A stretch of DNA of 63,154 nt, filler included, from Octopus bimaculoides (Eukaryota), in the NCBI RefSeq assembly GCF_001194135.2. It is 7 parts of 7 records of this genome, joined end to end, with 100 filler letters (N's around TTAATTAATTAA, not from the genome) between each part and the next. Parts side by side here need not be neighbours in the genome. Positions count along the whole stretch, not along the records: positions 55,939 to 63,154 come from NC_068983.1; 6 more parts are not named here. One strand, 5' to 3'. The position numbers were made by a program, and so were the translations under genes. The notes below the pieces were generated by a model, which was not told where the DNA came from, made no database searches, and worked only from the letters and a program-made list of their open reading frames with translations. Each line of letters starts with the position of its first letter. The stretch's first letter is position 1. Shown here in pieces: positions 62,112 through 63,154 of the stretch.

Positions 62112-63154
62112 TACTAGAAAAATACGGCAACCCATTCTCCCTCTACATAGAAAATAACTGGAAGAGATACCGGAATGACTGTTTCATTCTTTGGCACGAA
62201 AGTATAGAGAGACTTAAAGAATTTCAAGCACTTATAAATGGACTTGACGTAAACATTCAATTCACGATGCAATATAGCCATCAACAACCTCCCTTCCTCG
62301 ACATCCTCATTAAGCAATCTAACATCTTAACAGAAAGATATATACTATAAGCCCACGGACTCCAAGCAATATCTACCGTTCAACTCATGCCACCCCAGAC
62401 ACACCAGAATGAATATCCCCTTCAACCTAGCAAAAAGTATTTGTACTATAGTTTCTAATACAAGCATCAGGGACACACGACCACATGAACTAAAGGATAC
62501 ACTCATCACCAGAAACTACCCACCTTCACTAATTGACATATGCTCTCAACGTGCTCTACATCTCAACATCCACGAACTCAGACATCCCAAATTTACAACC
62601 AAAAGCCCTACCATACATCTCCACACACAACCCTCTTAACAATGAAGCCTTCTACACCATCCTTCAAAACATTCTCCTGCTGTAAAAGGACCACGGAATG
62701 AATTTAATCCTCCAAACACACGTCATCATAAAAAGCAAGAGACGACCCAAATCTATGAAAAGTCTCCTAGCATAAGCCCGAATACGCTCAACCACAACAC
62801 TGAAGCCGTCAGTAAAAAATGCAGTAGACACAACTGTGGAATATGCGTCGATTTAATTGAGGGATCAGAGTTCTCCTTCAAACAGGGACAACGTTTCACA
62901 GTGAAAAGCGGCTTCACATGTGCTTCGGAGAACCTGATATACGCACTAACTTGCTCTGGGTGTCAAGAGCAATACATAGGCCAAACAAAAACAGTCTACG
63001 TCAAAGAATATGATAGATCACTAACCACTACTCACATTTTTTCTCTGCTTGTTTCTCTCCTTGTTTCTTTCTGTGGAAGAGCGTAGGCTCGAAACGTTAA
63101 AAGACTTTTTCAATTCCGAAGGGTTATATTAATACATCTGTTTGTTTTCTACAC
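62112..63154 (+). mobile_element. 5'-truncated, decayed Penelope/Poseidon-type retroelement (RT, GIY-YIG, terminal repeat)
   Basis: WKRYRNDCFILW, NIQFT, PFLDILI, KPTDSKQYL.FNSCHP.HTRMNIPFNLA, RNYP and FTCASENLIYALTCSGCQEQYIGQT. A hammerhead-like ctgtggaagagcgtaggctcgaaacgt lies at 63071-63097. Confidence 0.92.

Overview
AT-rich, gap-riddled eukaryotic genomic DNA, extremely dense in microsatellites. The SINE repertoire and repeat style suggest an octopus/cephalopod draft assembly (inference). Almost all ORFs in the supplied track are microsatellite or N-gap artefacts. The only host-gene signal I can support is two spliced minus-strand exons (48964-49105 and 47726-47827) encoding an integrin beta tail domain. 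The rest is transposon debris: several tRNA-derived SINE families, three decayed mariner elements, a Buster/Charlie-type hAT with intact TIRs and 8-bp TSD, a Helitron Rep remnant, two different Penelope-like retroelements, many 3' ends of R4/Dong-like RLE retrotransposons, and several MITEs and foldbacks. Most interesting: (1) an intact-core type I hammerhead ribozyme motif 450 nt downstream of an integrin exon on the same strand; (2) an R4-like family whose 3' ends repeatedly abut (CATA)n microsatellites; (3) a ~670-bp palindromic element with a telomere-like array at its centre; (4) a foldback apparently made from one end of an ordinary repeat. No prokaryote-type system (CRISPR, operon) is present. 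Coordinates of decayed repeats are approximate.
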